Source of the DNA: an uncultured cyanobacterium
GTDB lineage: Bacteria; Cyanobacteriota; Cyanobacteriia; Phormidesmidales; Phormidesmidaceae
Assembly: GCA_963793265.1 (NCBI GenBank)
Contig: CAWBZI010000006.1
Span: forward strand, 128,001 to 192,000
Direction of reading: 5' to 3'
DNA length: 64,000 bases
This document shows positions 22,052 through 33,733 of this stretch, in pieces. Made by a program: the position numbers and the translations under genes. A model generated the notes under the pieces. It was not told the DNA's origin. It made no database searches and saw only the letters and a list, made by a program, of their open reading frames with translations. Every line of letters starts with the position of its first letter. Position 1 is the first letter of the stretch.

Positions 22052-23673
22052 GCAACAGAACGCACCGATGCGCCAACAGACGAGCCAACAGCGGCTACTT
22101 CTAAGAGCGAAACTTCTAAAACCGCAGGCATAATGTCCTCACTTTCAAGCTCGTTCAAAGGCGCTTTCACAGGCTTGTTGTTCAATTCCTCAGACGGCGC
22201 ATTGACGACATCATCAGATGGTTCACTTGCTAACGCTACAGACAGCTCATCAGGCGATTGGTTCGTCAGCTCATTAGATGGCAGGTTAGGCTGAGCCGCT
22301 ATCTGATTTTGAGGCTGGCCTTGCGCTTGCTGCGCTTGTTGCTGCGCCTGAACCTGCTTCTGAGCTTGTGCCTGAGCCCGCAGCTTGGCCTGTTCCTGAG
22401 CCTTCAGTTGAACCTGCTTTTTTAGATGCTCTCTAACAACGCTTTGAGCCTTTTTCTTAGCAGTCGCGGTGCGGTGGGCTCGGGCGGTTAATAGCGCGAT
22501 CGCCTCTCGATACCGGCCAAATTCAACCTCATGCACCTCTACCCCCTGACCAATTGCCCACAGCAGCGTAATCGTCAGCTCACCCCCCAAATGCTGTTGA
22601 AACTCAGTGAGTCCTTTAAACAGTGAATCGGGGTGCTCAGGCTGATCGAGATGTCGAAACAGCTCTGCAACAGATAGGGTAAAGCCCAGCATTTCTAGCG
22701 TATCTAGCACGCGCTTGCACTCAGCAGCACTAATTAGGCCCGAGAGCTGAGAGTAAATGGTGTCTAAAGCAATACCGATGGCGACCGCCTCACCATGACG
22801 CAGCTTGTAGTCTGTCAAATACTCCAGCCGATGCGCCGACCAGTGACCAAAGTCGAGCGGACGAGACGATCCTTTTTCAAACGGATCGCCATAGCCACCG
22901 ATGTGTTCTACATGAATTTTGGCGCAGCGATAGACCAGTCTTCGCATAGCGTCCATATCACGGCGGGCGAGGGCTTTGGCATCTTTTTCTATTTGATTAA
23001 AAAAGTCGGCGTCTTTGATTAGCGCGACTTTTACCGCTTCGGCAATGCCTGCTCGCCAGTCGCGATCGCCCAGTGACTTCAAGAACGAAAAGTCATTAAG
23101 CACTGCGTACGGCGGTGCGAATGTGCCAATAAAGTTCTTTTTCTCAAAGGCGTTAATGCCATTTTTTACGCCCACACCTGAGTCGTTTTGGGCCAATACA
23201 GTCGTCGGGACTCTGATCAGACGGATGCCACGGTGAGCGATCGCAGCCGCATAGCCCACCATATCCAAAACCGCCCCACCCCCAATCGCCATCACATACG
23301 AGTGACGACAAATATTGTGCTGATTCATCACCCAGCAAAGCTGCTCAACTAGGGCATGGTCGTTTTTAGACTGTTCACCACCCGGCACCGACAGCGGCGC
23401 AGTCACCAGCTTTACCTGATCAGAATATTGCTGCGCGTAGGTCATCACCATGCCGAGCAGTTGGCTGTGTGCCATTAGGCCATCATCAGCAACCACGAGC
23501 ACCCGGCCCGGCTTGCCATCGGCGCTCAAAACGTTGGCAAGTAGAGGGTTATCGGGCCGAAACAGGCCGTCAGTGAAGTGGACGCTGTATTCAAAAGGAA
23601 CAGAAAATTGCTGCTGAATGGGCTTGAGTTCTGAGGCAGCGGTCGAAGGGGAGGCGGGGGCGATTGCAGTCAT
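22048..23673 (-). CDS. eboD: EboD, 3-dehydroquinate-synthase-like sugar-phosphate cyclase, with long Q/A-rich C-terminal tail
   Basis: GGEQSKN, GGGAVLD, PTTVLAQNDSGVGVKNG, RPLDFGHW, HGEAVAIG; located between eboC and eboE; stop overlaps eboE start (ATGA). Confidence 0.85.
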   Translation of the reverse strand: MTAIAPASPSTAASELKPIQQQFSVPFEYSVHFTDGLFRPDNPLLANVLSADGKPGRVLVVADDGLMAHSQLLGMVMTYAQQYSDQVKLVTAPLSVPGGEQSKNDHALVEQLCWVMNQHNICRHSYVMAIGGGAVLDMVGYAAAIAHRGIRLIRVPTTVLAQNDSGVGVKNGINAFEKKNFIGTFAPPYAVLNDFSFLKSLGDRDWRAGIAEAVKVALIKDADFFNQIEKDAKALARRDMDAMRRLVYRCAKIHVEHIGGYGDPFEKGSSRPLDFGHWSAHRLEYLTDYKLRHGEAVAIGIALDTIYSQLSGLISAAECKRVLDTLEMLGFTLSVAELFRHLDQPEHPDSLFKGLTEFQQHLGGELTITLLWAIGQGVEVHEVEFGRYREAIALLTARAHRTATAKKKAQSVVREHLKKQVQLKAQEQAKLRAQAQAQKQVQAQQQAQQAQGQPQNQIAAQPNLPSNELTNQSPDELSVALASEPSDDVVNAPSEELNNKPVKAPLNELESEDIMPAVLEVSLLEVAAVGSSVGASVRSVA

Positions 23674-23740
23674 GAGAGGTTTGGGGCTTTGGGGGGATTA
23701 GGGAATCGGAAGACTTGTAAAGGGTCGAAGGAAAGAGAAC

Positions 23741-24772
23741 TCAGGTCACAGCAAACAGTTTTGCCACGCCGATAGACAGTGGCAAGAGCGCTAGCGTAGC
23801 TAGGCCATAAGGCCAGCCCGCAAACCCAGCGCCTATCGAGGCGTCTAGCACAATTAGCGACAAAATTCCGGCTTTTACAGCCGCTCGAATCTTGTCAGCA
23901 GCAGGATCTTGTGCAGCTCGAATGAATGGGGGAAATACGAGCGCTGACAGTAGAAGCACAAAGGGGAGAAGGGGCCAGAAAGAGATAGTAGGAAACGTGC
24001 TCAGGCCAAGAAGAATACTCACGACGATGGTGAGAAGGAGAAGAGCGATCGCGCCTGTTTTCTTTTCTCCACCGTGAACCTCACCCTGGCTAATTGCGGT
24101 AATTGCGCCGATATAGGCCAGTGGAATGCAGCTCAACAACAGTAGTGTAGTCAGCAATGACGATTGAGCCTGTGCGCTTTGAACAACACTTCCAGATGCT
24201 ATGGCACTGACGCCTAACAACAGATTACAGCCGCGACAGATGCCCATATTCAAAGGGCCAAGGAACGTGTGGTGCTTGCTGAACTTGTCGTATAAGAGAG
24301 CGTTAAGGGCGATCGCAGCTGCCAGTCCAAAGCTCAGCGCCGACACCCGCGCCGCCGCCGCTATGCCCATTCCCAGCATCGCTACGCCTAACCCTACAGC
24401 CGCCGCCATCGGCACCTGACCGCTAGGAATAGGCCGTTCAGGCCGCTCTACCGCGTCTAGCTCAGCATCGCAAACGTCATTAAAAACAACGCCACCCGCA
24501 TAGAGGCCAGTCGTAGCGACAAGTAGCCACAAAAGAGAATAGAACAAAGGCTTTGAATCGGCAGTAGCCATCAGCTCCGTAGCACCATAGCCTGTGGCGT
24601 AGCCTGCCAGAACAACACTGTAGCCTGCAAAAATATCCGCCCAAGCCGTAACAATATTAGCGGGTCGAAGTAGCTGTAAGTAGGCAATCAGCTTGCCTCG
24701 GCTCGCCGTTTTGCTCGTCGCTTCGTTCGCTACCTGACTCTTTGAAGGCTGCGTCGTTGTCGTCATGCCCAT
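23741..24772 (-). CDS. eboC: EboC, UbiA-family prenyltransferase
   Basis: LLRPANIVTAWAD, NDVCDAELDAVERPERPIPSG, multiple TM helices, KLFAVT C-terminus. Confidence 0.92.
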   Translation of the reverse strand: MGMTTTTQPSKSQVANEATSKTASRGKLIAYLQLLRPANIVTAWADIFAGYSVVLAGYATGYGATELMATADSKPLFYSLLWLLVATTGLYAGGVVFNDVCDAELDAVERPERPIPSGQVPMAAAVGLGVAMLGMGIAAAARVSALSFGLAAAIALNALLYDKFSKHHTFLGPLNMGICRGCNLLLGVSAIASGSVVQSAQAQSSLLTTLLLLSCIPLAYIGAITAISQGEVHGGEKKTGAIALLLLTIVVSILLGLSTFPTISFWPLLPFVLLLSALVFPPFIRAAQDPAADKIRAAVKAGILSLIVLDASIGAGFAGWPYGLATLALLPLSIGVAKLFAVT

Positions 24773-25782
24773 TACCGAATCACCAAAGAATCTGTTGCAG
24801 CTTCTACCTTTGGCATCTGCCCGCGCAGCACCGAGCTACCGCTATAGAGCTGCCGCTGATCGACAGGGGCAGGATTGAGCCAGTCCGACTCATTAAACTC
24901 ACCGCTTTGCGCGTAGGCTGCAAGTGCGTTGTCATAACAAACCGCCCGCACCTGTTCTTCACTAATGCCGCTCTCTAGCATCAGCTGAGCCGTCTTCGGC
25001 ACCGCCAGCGGATCGCTCATACCCCAGTCGGCAGCGCTATCAATAAAGATTTTTTTGTGCCCATACTTGCGCACCACATCCACCATGCGCTCATTACCCA
25101 TTTTGGTATTGGGATAAATCGAAAACGCGCACCAAAATCCCCGATCTAAAATCTCAGCCACCGTCTCTTCATTGGCATGATCAATAATCACGCGCGACGG
25201 CTCAAAGCCCTCTTGAACGCACACATCCATACTACGCGAGGTGCCTTCTTTTTTATTGCGGTGTGGCGTATGCACCAGCACCAGTTTTTCTAGCTCCTTA
25301 GCCATATTGAGCTGAATGCGAAAGTACTTATCTTCCGCTTCGGTCATATCGTCATAACCAATCTCACCAATCGCCACCACGCCTTCTTTGCAGGCGTACA
25401 TTGGCAGCAAATCGATCACTTCATCAGCCACCGCAGGATTGTTTGCCTCCTTAGGATTCAGTGAGAGCGTGCAGTAGTGACGAATGCCAAACTGTCCGGC
25501 TCGAAAGCGCTCCCAGCCGACTAACGTGCTGAAATAATCTTTGAAAGTGCCAATGCTTGTACGCGGTTGACCTAGCCAGAAAGCAGGTTCAATTAACGCT
25601 ACTACACCGTATTCTCTCATCACCATGTAGTCGTAGGTGGTGCGAGCGCTCATGTGAATGTGCGGATCGATGACGGGCAGGGTGTGTTTTAGAGCGCTAT
25701 CGTTTGGTTCGCTATTGTTTGAGATATCGTTGTTTGGGGCTTGGTTAACATCTTTATGATTTAACAGATTGTTGTGCGTCAT
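24772..25782 (-). CDS. eboB: EboB, TatD-family metallohydrolase
   Basis: DPHIHM, EPAFWLGQPR, AIGEIGYD, HTPHRNK, DSAADWG; TAATG overlap with eboC. Confidence 0.92.
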   Translation of the reverse strand: MTHNNLLNHKDVNQAPNNDISNNSEPNDSALKHTLPVIDPHIHMSARTTYDYMVMREYGVVALIEPAFWLGQPRTSIGTFKDYFSTLVGWERFRAGQFGIRHYCTLSLNPKEANNPAVADEVIDLLPMYACKEGVVAIGEIGYDDMTEAEDKYFRIQLNMAKELEKLVLVHTPHRNKKEGTSRSMDVCVQEGFEPSRVIIDHANEETVAEILDRGFWCAFSIYPNTKMGNERMVDVVRKYGHKKIFIDSAADWGMSDPLAVPKTAQLMLESGISEEQVRAVCYDNALAAYAQSGEFNESDWLNPAPVDQRQLYSGSSVLRGQMPKVEAATDSLVIR

Positions 25783-25890
25783 TTGTCGCTTATTTTGGTC
25801 TTTCTTGACTTTCTTTTAGGTGTTTTGGGGCTTGTATGCGTTTGAGGTTGTTGGTTGGTGGGGTGGGTTTCCGATGTATACGCTAAACAG

Positions 25891-26796
25891 TTACTTCTCA
25901 AAAGGAGAAGGTAGCCCTCTAAAATTCTCCCAAGTAAGCTCCCCCGAACAAATGCGCGCCTGCAAATCGGGATAGCCACTCAACAAGGCCCGAGCAATCG
26001 AAGACTTCGAGCAAGCCAGTGCCGCTGCCGCTTGCTCCGCCGCATCCGCACTTACCAGCACGCGCACCAAGTCACCAACAACCTGCGCATCAGCATGAGA
26101 GCCTACCGCTCGCCACAGCTCAGGATCAACTTTGCGGCCAGCGGCCCAGCGCTCATGGGCATAGTCGGAGAGCATTCTTGCCAGCCGGGGATTTGCTCGC
26201 TCGTCTAGTCCATGAATTAGCGAAAGCGAGCTGTCTTCAAAGAGTGCCTTGAGTACCATTTGGTTCCAGGCAGGCTCGTCAAAGTATTGGGCGGGGTAGG
26301 GATTGCGCAGGGCGATCGCTTCAAACACAATCGTCATAGAACTGCGCAGACCATCAATCGCCTGAGCACAAAAGCTTTCGGGTTCGGGAAACAGCGGAAG
26401 GCTTTGATAGAGCGCAACCGTTTCGCTGACATCGGCGCTGTCAAACAGGTTTTGAACAAGCTGCCGAAAGGGAACGTTCTCGTGTTCTAAGCACGCCAGT
26501 AGCAGCATGGTTCGAGCCGCCTGATCGGTGCTCCAATGATCTATTTGCCAGCCGGGACAAATGGACGGTAGCTGCGATTCATCTAGCTCGCTCACTTGCA
26601 GATCGTCTTTACCCACGCGCCTTGCTGCCGCGCTAAAAACAGGAAATACGTTGCGCTCATTTTTCCAGACCTTAGCCATGGCGTTTTCGAGCCATTCAGC
26701 GGCAGGTTCGGCAAGCTGTCGGGTGAGCTTTCTATAGAGAAAATAGGTGGCAGCAGCGGCCTTTGACTGATTGGGAGGAATATCTAGAGCGTACAT
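25891..26796 (-). CDS. eboA: EboA domain protein
   Basis: WSTDQAAR, LYQSLPL, IALRNPYPA, WNQMVLKALF, YAHERWAAGR; ATG at 26796 preferred because the ORF-track start (26892) overlaps trpD. Confidence 0.88.
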   Translation of the reverse strand: MYALDIPPNQSKAAAATYFLYRKLTRQLAEPAAEWLENAMAKVWKNERNVFPVFSAAARRVGKDDLQVSELDESQLPSICPGWQIDHWSTDQAARTMLLLACLEHENVPFRQLVQNLFDSADVSETVALYQSLPLFPEPESFCAQAIDGLRSSMTIVFEAIALRNPYPAQYFDEPAWNQMVLKALFEDSSLSLIHGLDERANPRLARMLSDYAHERWAAGRKVDPELWRAVGSHADAQVVGDLVRVLVSADAAEQAAAALACSKSSIARALLSGYPDLQARICSGELTWENFRGLPSPFEK

Positions 26797-26815
26797 TTTA
26801 GAGATGCTTTTATAA

Positions 26816-27907
26816 TTACTGTAAAAATCTTGAAAGTTGCTCAAACTTTGTCCAGGCCGCACCGCTAGAGAGGACGTTTTGGGCGATCGCAACCCCTTCC
26901 TTTAACGCTTCCGTATCGCTCAGATTCTCTGATAACGCCTCGCCAACCTGAAGCGTTAGCGCAGTATTGATTGATACGATATCTCTTTGAGCCTGCGTAC
27001 CTTTACCCTGCAATACGGACTTAAGAATCTCAGCATTCACCTGAACATCGCCGCCCCTAATAGCTTCAGTGGGAGCCTTTTGCAGTCCTAGCATCTGCGG
27101 GCTCACCGCCTCAATATTAATTTGAGTGCCTTTTACCACAGCAATATCACTAAAGTCAGCCAGCCCGGCCTCGTCCAAATTTTCGCGGGCATGAACCACA
27201 ACGGCCCGGCGCGTACCCAAGCGGCTGAGCGCCACTGCAATCGTTTCAATCAGCGTAGGATCGTACACGCCGATTACCTGGCCTGTCGGCTGCATGGGGT
27301 TGAGTAGGGGGCCAAGCAGATTGAAGATCGTGCGGATCTTGAGGGTTTTGCGGAGGGGAGAAATCGCCTTAAAAGCAGGATGCCAGCCCGGCGCATACAA
27401 AAAGGTAATACCTACCTCATCTAACGCCGCACTCACCTTATTAGCAGGCGCACTCAAATTTAGACCTAACGCCTCCAACACATCCGCCGAGCCCGCCTTA
27501 CTAGAGGCCGATCGGTTACCGTGCTTAGCCACTTGCAGCCCGGCTGCTGCCGCAACAAAGGCCACCGCCGTTGAGATGTTGAACGTAGAGGCACCGTCGC
27601 CGCCCGTCCCACAGGTATCGACTAAAGGCAGCGAATTTTCAGGGCGCGGCGGGCTTGTAATCGCCCGCGCCCTGAGCACACGTACCATACCTACTAGCTC
27701 GCTTGCCGAAACGCCTTTTGCCTGCAACGCGGTTAAGATTGCGCCCGACATTACCGGCTCAACGGCTTCATCGAGCCACGCTTGCATCAGAGATTCTGAC
27801 TGTTCAGCCGTGAGCGACTGTCTGTCGAGTAGCTGCTTTAGCAGAGAAGAATAGTCTTGCTCGGCTGTTGTTTCAGCAGGGCGAGTTCGTTGAAAAATAG
27901 CTGTCAT
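26816..27907 (-). CDS. trpD: Anthranilate phosphoribosyltransferase
   Basis: [42 protein letters not shown]. Confidence 0.95.
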   Translation of the reverse strand: MTAIFQRTRPAETTAEQDYSSLLKQLLDRQSLTAEQSESLMQAWLDEAVEPVMSGAILTALQAKGVSASELVGMVRVLRARAITSPPRPENSLPLVDTCGTGGDGASTFNISTAVAFVAAAAGLQVAKHGNRSASSKAGSADVLEALGLNLSAPANKVSAALDEVGITFLYAPGWHPAFKAISPLRKTLKIRTIFNLLGPLLNPMQPTGQVIGVYDPTLIETIAVALSRLGTRRAVVVHARENLDEAGLADFSDIAVVKGTQINIEAVSPQMLGLQKAPTEAIRGGDVQVNAEILKSVLQGKGTQAQRDIVSINTALTLQVGEALSENLSDTEALKEGVAIAQNVLSSGAAWTKFEQLSRFLQ

Positions 27908-27940
27908 AGGAGATACCAAGTAGGAAAGATCAAAGAAGAC

Positions 27941-29188
27941 TTAGCCTTCCAAATTCAGCGCTTTTGCTGCGGTTTGCACGTCTTTATCACCGCGCCCGGA
28001 GCAGTTGATCACGATGCGAGGACTGCCTTCTAGCTGAGGGCAAAGGGTTTCGAGATAGGCGATCGCATGAGCCGTTTCCAGTGCAGGAATAATCCCCTCT
28101 AGCTCCGAGAGCAAACAAAAGCCGTCCAAAGCCTGCTGATCGGTCACGCTGTAATACTCAGCTCTATTAGTGTCTTTTAGGTAGCTGTGCTCAGGGCCAA
28201 CGCCAGGATAGTCAAGCCCCGCGCTAATCGAATGCGCCTCAATAATCTGCCCGTCCGAATCTTGCAACAAATAGCTCATCGCCCCGTGCAGTACGCCCAC
28301 TCGCCCTTTGGTCAACGTCGCCGCGTGCTTATCGGTATCTACGCCTTCACCCGCAGCTTCGACTCCAATCATCCGCACCGAAGAATCTTTGACAAAATCA
28401 TAGAAAAGTCCCATTGCGTTAGAGCCGCCGCCAATACAGGCCAGCAAAATATCAGGCAAGCCGCCCCATTTCTCTTCACACTGCGCCCGCGTTTCTTGCC
28501 CAATCACCGCATGAAAATCTCGAACAATCATCGGGTAAGGATGTGGCCCGGCGACAGAACCTAGAATGTAATGTGTGGTTTCGACATTCGTTACCCAGTC
28601 ACGAATTGCCTCAGAGGTTGCGTCTTTGAGCGTACCTGTGCCCGCTTCTACCGGGCGGACTTCAGCGCCAAGCAGCCGCATCCGAAATACGTTGAGCGAC
28701 TGTCGGGCCATGTCGTGAACGCCCATGTATATGATGCACTCTAGCCCGAAGCGAGCGCAGGCGGTAGCAGTGGCAACGCCGTGTTGACCGGCCCCTGTTT
28801 CTGCGATGATTCTCTTTTTGCCCATGCGCTTAGCAAGTAGGGCCTGAGCGATCGCATTGTTAATTTTGTGAGCACCCGTATGGTTCAAATCTTCTCTTTT
28901 GAGATAGATTTGAGGGCCAGAGCCATCGGGTTTAGCGTAGTGAGCCGTGAGGCGTTCGGCTAAATAAAGTGGATTCGCACGGCCTACATAGTCTTTGAGT
29001 AGGTGCTGTAGCTCTTTGTCGAACTCTAGGTCGTAGCGGTAGTGGTTATAGGCACGCTCTAGCTCAGCTAAGGCAGGCATGAGGGTTTCAGGCACGTATT
29101 TGCCGCCGAACTGGCCGAAGCGCCCGAGGGCGTCAGGCATTTGTTCTTTTTGCGGGGCGGACTTGGAAGGGTTGAATGTCGTGACCAT
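27941..29188 (-). CDS. trpB: Tryptophan synthase beta subunit
   Basis: [15 protein letters not shown] (PLP lysine), [28 protein letters not shown]. Confidence 0.97.
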   Translation of the reverse strand: MVTTFNPSKSAPQKEQMPDALGRFGQFGGKYVPETLMPALAELERAYNHYRYDLEFDKELQHLLKDYVGRANPLYLAERLTAHYAKPDGSGPQIYLKREDLNHTGAHKINNAIAQALLAKRMGKKRIIAETGAGQHGVATATACARFGLECIIYMGVHDMARQSLNVFRMRLLGAEVRPVEAGTGTLKDATSEAIRDWVTNVETTHYILGSVAGPHPYPMIVRDFHAVIGQETRAQCEEKWGGLPDILLACIGGGSNAMGLFYDFVKDSSVRMIGVEAAGEGVDTDKHAATLTKGRVGVLHGAMSYLLQDSDGQIIEAHSISAGLDYPGVGPEHSYLKDTNRAEYYSVTDQQALDGFCLLSELEGIIPALETAHAIAYLETLCPQLEGSPRIVINCSGRGDKDVQTAAKALNLEG

Positions 29189-29259
29189 TTGGATCTCCTG
29201 TTGTTTTGTTTTTCTATCTAGTTCAGCCGTCGATATCAGTCGATACCAACAGATATCAG

Positions 29260-30072
29260 CTAAACGGCTACTGCCTCTTTTTTCTCAATAGCTCCTTTCA
29301 GCCCTCGACAAAAGTCTTCAACAGACTTGAGCCGCTCGCTCGGATCTTCCGTCAGCCGCTTTACAAACGCACTGCCCACAATCACCGCATCCGCGCCGCT
29401 CTCCTGCATCTGCCGGGCCTGCTCAGTGCTAGAAATACCAAAGCCAACGCCAATCGGCTTATCGGTGTGCGATCGCAATTCCTTCAGCAGCGGGCCCACA
29501 TTTGCTCCCGTCTGCTGCCGCATTCCAGTCACCCCGGTCACGCTCACCAGATACACAAAGCCTTGGGAGGCACGGGCGATCGCCTGCATCCTCTCTTCCG
29601 AACTCGTCGGAGCCACCAGCAAAATCACCTCAACGCCGCACTTACCCGACAGCGACAGCAGCGCATCCGACTCTTCTAAAGGCAAATCAGGAATCACCAG
29701 ACCTTGCACGCCAGCCGCCTTAATCCGCTTCAAAAACAGCTCAATCCCATGGTTCAAAATTGGATTGTAGTAAGTGAACAATATCAGCGGCGTTTGCAGC
29801 TTAGGTGCAACCGTTTGCACCATCTCTAGCACCGCGTCTAGCTGTATGCCCTTTGCCAAAGCCCGCGTAGCGGCTGCCTGAATGACGGGGCCATCGGCTA
29901 GCGGGTCGGAATAAGGGACGCCCAGCTCAATCAAATCAGCGCCGCTTTTATCAAGTACCTGTAGCGCCGAGGCCGTTGTTTCAAGGTCGGGATCGCCCGC
30001 CATGATGAACGGCACTAGGGCGCATTGTTTTTGCGATCGCAAACTTTCAAACCGTTCAGAAACAGTCACCAT
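29260..30072 (-). CDS. trpA: Tryptophan synthase alpha subunit
   Basis: [39 protein letters not shown]. Confidence 0.97.
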   Translation of the reverse strand: MVTVSERFESLRSQKQCALVPFIMAGDPDLETTASALQVLDKSGADLIELGVPYSDPLADGPVIQAAATRALAKGIQLDAVLEMVQTVAPKLQTPLILFTYYNPILNHGIELFLKRIKAAGVQGLVIPDLPLEESDALLSLSGKCGVEVILLVAPTSSEERMQAIARASQGFVYLVSVTGVTGMRQQTGANVGPLLKELRSHTDKPIGVGFGISSTEQARQMQESGADAVIVGSAFVKRLTEDPSERLKSVEDFCRGLKGAIEKKEAVAV

Positions 30073-30104
30073 AAAAATTCTCCTAAACGTTTTCCAAATA
30101 TCTC

Positions 30105-31016
30105 TTAAACAACAGACATCACATCTACAGGCGAAAGCAGCGCCCGAGTTGCCTGCTCTACATCCGCCTGCTTCACCAGCGACTCGCCTACTAGCACGGC
30201 CCGAGCGCCAGCATCAGCGACCACTGCCAAATCTCGCGGAGTGCGAATACCTGACTCGCTCACCACTATGACGCCTGCAAGCTGCTCTTTTCTAGCGGAC
30301 AATAGCTGCTGGGTCGTTGCCAAATCAACGCTAAAGTCCTCTAGATTGCGGTTGTTGATGCCGACTAAATCGAGATGGTCAAGCGCTAATACCCGGTCTA
30401 GCTCGGTGAGCGTGTGAACTTCGATGAGCGATCGCATTCCCAAAGTTCTCACGAGCTGCGAGAGCGTTTTTAGATCGCGATCGCTCAACACCGCCGCAAT
30501 TAGCAGCACCGCGTCCGCTCCCGAGTTTCGCGCTAGCCAAACTTGGTAAGGCGAAATTACAAATTCCTTACACAGCAAAGGAATATTTACCTGATACCGC
30601 ACCTGCCAAAGGTAGTTAAAGCTGCCCTTAAAAAAGCTGCGGTCGGTGAGCACAGAAAGGCAGGCAGCTCCGCCTTTTTCATAAGATTGGGCAATCTCAA
30701 CCGGGTTAAAATCCTCACGAATAATCCCCTTACTTGGCGATGCCCGCTTTACTTCAGCAATCAAACCGACCAATCCTGATTCTTTAGCAGCCTGATTAAT
30801 CGCTGCCACAAAATCTCTAATCGGCGGTGCTTTGGCAGACTGTTGTACCAAATCGGCAAGCGGCAACTGCGCCGCCATATGAATCACCTCACGCTCCTTT
30901 TGCCAAACAATCTCTTCGAGAATGTTGTTAGGGCAATCGTCAGTAGAGGCTAGTTTGTAATCGGTATCGTCCGGCCCGGTAATGACCTGGCTGAATACTT
31001 GACGGCGAATCTGCAT
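30105..31016 (-). CDS. trpC: Indole-3-glycerol phosphate synthase
   Basis: [37 protein letters not shown]. Confidence 0.96.
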   Translation of the reverse strand: MQIRRQVFSQVITGPDDTDYKLASTDDCPNNILEEIVWQKEREVIHMAAQLPLADLVQQSAKAPPIRDFVAAINQAAKESGLVGLIAEVKRASPSKGIIREDFNPVEIAQSYEKGGAACLSVLTDRSFFKGSFNYLWQVRYQVNIPLLCKEFVISPYQVWLARNSGADAVLLIAAVLSDRDLKTLSQLVRTLGMRSLIEVHTLTELDRVLALDHLDLVGINNRNLEDFSVDLATTQQLLSARKEQLAGVIVVSESGIRTPRDLAVVADAGARAVLVGESLVKQADVEQATRALLSPVDVMSVV

Positions 31017-31061
31017 AGGTCGTAGAGCTTGAGTTAGGAGAAATTAGAACTAAAAAGAAAT

Positions 31062-33272
31062 TTATGCGCGAGCGTTCGCAATCGCCTTCGCAGGCTCTCT
31101 CACATAGGCATTCACCACATTTTGAACAATGGTGAGCCCGGTATTATTAGCCAGCGTCATAATCGACTCTGGGTGAAACTGCACCGCCGCAATCGGCAGC
31201 GTTTTGTGCTCAATCGCCATCACCACACCATCTGCCGAGCGCGCCGTGACCCGTAAAGCTGACGGAACGTGCGTATCTAGCGCGTGTAGCGAATGGTAGC
31301 GCCCCGCTTCAAAATGCTGAGGTAGGTTCTGAAAGAGCACCGAATCAGCGTGCGTCACCGTGATTAAAGAAGACTTGCCGTGCTGAGGAATACTAAGTAC
31401 GCCCAGCTCCCCGCCTAGCGCCTCAACGATGCCCTGAAGCCCCAGGCACACGCCAAACATCGGAATCGAGCGGCGAATGCAGGCCATGATTGTCTTATCA
31501 AGCTTAAAATCACGTGGATTGCCCGGCCCCGGCGAGAGCACTACTAAATCAGGTTTTTCAGCATCCAAATAGCACTCCGCAAAGCCATGTCGCAGCGTTG
31601 TGACCTGAGCGCCCGTTTGGCGAATGTAGTTAGCTAGCGTATGCACAAAAGAGTCTTCGTGATCGACCAGTAAAACCTTACAGGGCGCATGAATAGCGCT
31701 TGAACGATAGGGTGCAATCACCGGATTTGTCGGCTTGGCCTCCTTTAGCGTCTGCATCATCGCCGCCGCTTTCACGACCGTTTCTGCCTCTTCAGCCGCC
31801 GGGTCTGAGTCATAGAGCACCGTCGCCCCTACCCGCACTTCGGCAATCGAGTCTTGCAGGCGAATGGTTCGCAGCGTCAGGCCCGTGTGCACATTGCCGT
31901 TGAACATAAAACCGCCAACGGCTCCGCCATACCAGCGGCGCGGGCTGCGTTCATTTTCTTCGAGAAAGGCGATCGCAGCTCTTTTCGGTGCGCCCGTCAC
32001 CGTTACCGCCCAGGTGTGCGTCAAAAACGCATCTAGCCCGTCAAACTCGGGGCACAAAATGCCTTCAACATGATCCACCGTATGAATCAAGTGGCTGTAT
32101 AGCTCCACCTGACGACGCCCAATCACCTGCACCGAACCCGGCTCACAAATACGAGACTTGTCATTACGATCTACATCTGTGCACATCGTTAGCTCAGACT
32201 CATCTTTGAGTGAGTTCAGCAGCAGCCGAATCTGCCAGGCATCTTCAATAGCATCTTTGCCGCGTGGAATCGTGCCGCTAATCGGGCAAGTCTCCACCCG
32301 CCGACCGTCTACCCGCACAAACATTTCAGGCGAGGAGCCAATCAAATACTCACCGCCCAGATTGAAAATGAAGCCGTAAGGGCTTGGGTTTATCTCCTTT
32401 AGCCTTCTAAACAAATCCGCAGGAGACGCTTCGCAGGTTTCAAAAAAGCTCTGGCTCGGCACCACTTCAAACAGATCGCCGCGTCTAAAATAATCAAAAG
32501 CCTTCTCTACCAGCTTGGCATAGCCATTAGGCGGGTAGTCAGAAGATAGCTCAGGCGTGAGGCGACTTCCTCTGTGGTCAATCACCCTACCCGTCCGCCG
32601 TAGCCCTTCGGTACTGCCCGCCTCCGTTTCAAACTCGTAGCTCAGCTCATAAGCTTCTTGCTGATAGTGGTCAATCACAACAAGCTGATCGGGCAAATAC
32701 AGCACCAAATCTCGCTGATCGTCAGCCCTTTGCCGCTGCTGCTCAATCGGCTCAAACTGATAAACCAAGTCATAGCCCATCGCGCCATACAGGCCCAAAT
32801 GGTCATCCTCATCGCTACCAAACGCCTGCATAATCGCCCGCACCACCGTAAAAACAGAAGGCTGCTTACTGCGCTTCTCTTCAGGAAACACTCCCTTAAC
32901 AGGCGAAATTTCACCTGTAATTTGGTTGCCCGCATCTTTGTTGCTAGTGTGCGTCAGCGCTTGCAACCCCGACTGAGTGCATAGGTGACCGGCCAGATAG
33001 TCCACTAAAACTTTGCCGCGCTCGTTTAGCGCGTTAATACTGAATTCAGAGCCCTTAGTCACTAGCTCAATCGGTGGATTAATAAAGCCAAAAGCCCATC
33101 GCTTGTAGCGGCCAGGATACTCGTAGCTGCTCGTTAGCATTGCGCCAACTTGAGTATCTAGCCTAGAAAGAACACTCTCCATCGCCGCCTGCATCGGCAT
33201 TGTTTTGACGCTGCGGGAAATTTCAATATTGCCATGGGCTCTATAGCGATGAGAATGGGCTACACCTAACAT
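31062..33272 (-). CDS. trpE: Fused anthranilate synthase TrpE(G)
   Basis: SSYEYPGRY, PISGTIPRG, ELTMCTDVDRND; C-terminal GATase domain DHEDSF..GVCLG..QFHPES; ATG at 33272 chosen. Confidence 0.95.
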   Translation of the reverse strand: MLGVAHSHRYRAHGNIEISRSVKTMPMQAAMESVLSRLDTQVGAMLTSSYEYPGRYKRWAFGFINPPIELVTKGSEFSINALNERGKVLVDYLAGHLCTQSGLQALTHTSNKDAGNQITGEISPVKGVFPEEKRSKQPSVFTVVRAIMQAFGSDEDDHLGLYGAMGYDLVYQFEPIEQQRQRADDQRDLVLYLPDQLVVIDHYQQEAYELSYEFETEAGSTEGLRRTGRVIDHRGSRLTPELSSDYPPNGYAKLVEKAFDYFRRGDLFEVVPSQSFFETCEASPADLFRRLKEINPSPYGFIFNLGGEYLIGSSPEMFVRVDGRRVETCPISGTIPRGKDAIEDAWQIRLLLNSLKDESELTMCTDVDRNDKSRICEPGSVQVIGRRQVELYSHLIHTVDHVEGILCPEFDGLDAFLTHTWAVTVTGAPKRAAIAFLEENERSPRRWYGGAVGGFMFNGNVHTGLTLRTIRLQDSIAEVRVGATVLYDSDPAAEEAETVVKAAAMMQTLKEAKPTNPVIAPYRSSAIHAPCKVLLVDHEDSFVHTLANYIRQTGAQVTTLRHGFAECYLDAEKPDLVVLSPGPGNPRDFKLDKTIMACIRRSIPMFGVCLGLQGIVEALGGELGVLSIPQHGKSSLITVTHADSVLFQNLPQHFEAGRYHSLHALDTHVPSALRVTARSADGVVMAIEHKTLPIAAVQFHPESIMTLANNTGLTIVQNVVNAYVREPAKAIANARA

Positions 33273-33733
33273 AAATACAAGAAGTAAAAAGAACAAAAAA
33301 TCGCTACGCTGCGGAAAAACGTTGCGTTTCAGTCGGTTAGCAACAGCCTAAATAACAAGCATTAAAAATTTCAATGATGTTTTTTTAGAAGGCGTAGTAT
33401 TTTTTCGTAACCGCCCAATCCGTGACTTTACCGAAAGAAACCGTCGCGATCCAAAAAAACATCATGGATAATTCCTGGTGAATTCCCTATGTTCAAACTG
33501 TGTTCTATAGGTGCGCTCAAGGTCGCAAAAAGGTACTAAGTACGGTGATATTTCAGCACTTTACGCCTTTCGATGCAGCCAGCTACGCCTGTGGTAACAA
33601 AGTTATTTTTTAGTTCAGGTAGCTTGTCTTTACCGCCATTTTTGCTGTGCCCTCTATGTCAAGGCGCGGTTCAAAAGATGGAGAAGACCTCTACTTGAAC
33701 CCCATTTGTCTAAGGGTTTTACAAGGTCTATCA
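33273..33733. promoter_or_regulatory. Divergent promoter region between trpE-ebo-tyrA run and scyABC
   Basis: AT-rich non-coding gap between head-to-head genes; no specific binding site confidently identified. Confidence 0.55.

Noticed and set aside
22048..23673. DHQS-like gene as MysA of a mycosporine (MAA) cluster
   Set aside because: No O-methyltransferase or MysC ATP-grasp gene adjacent; position between eboC and eboE fits EboD
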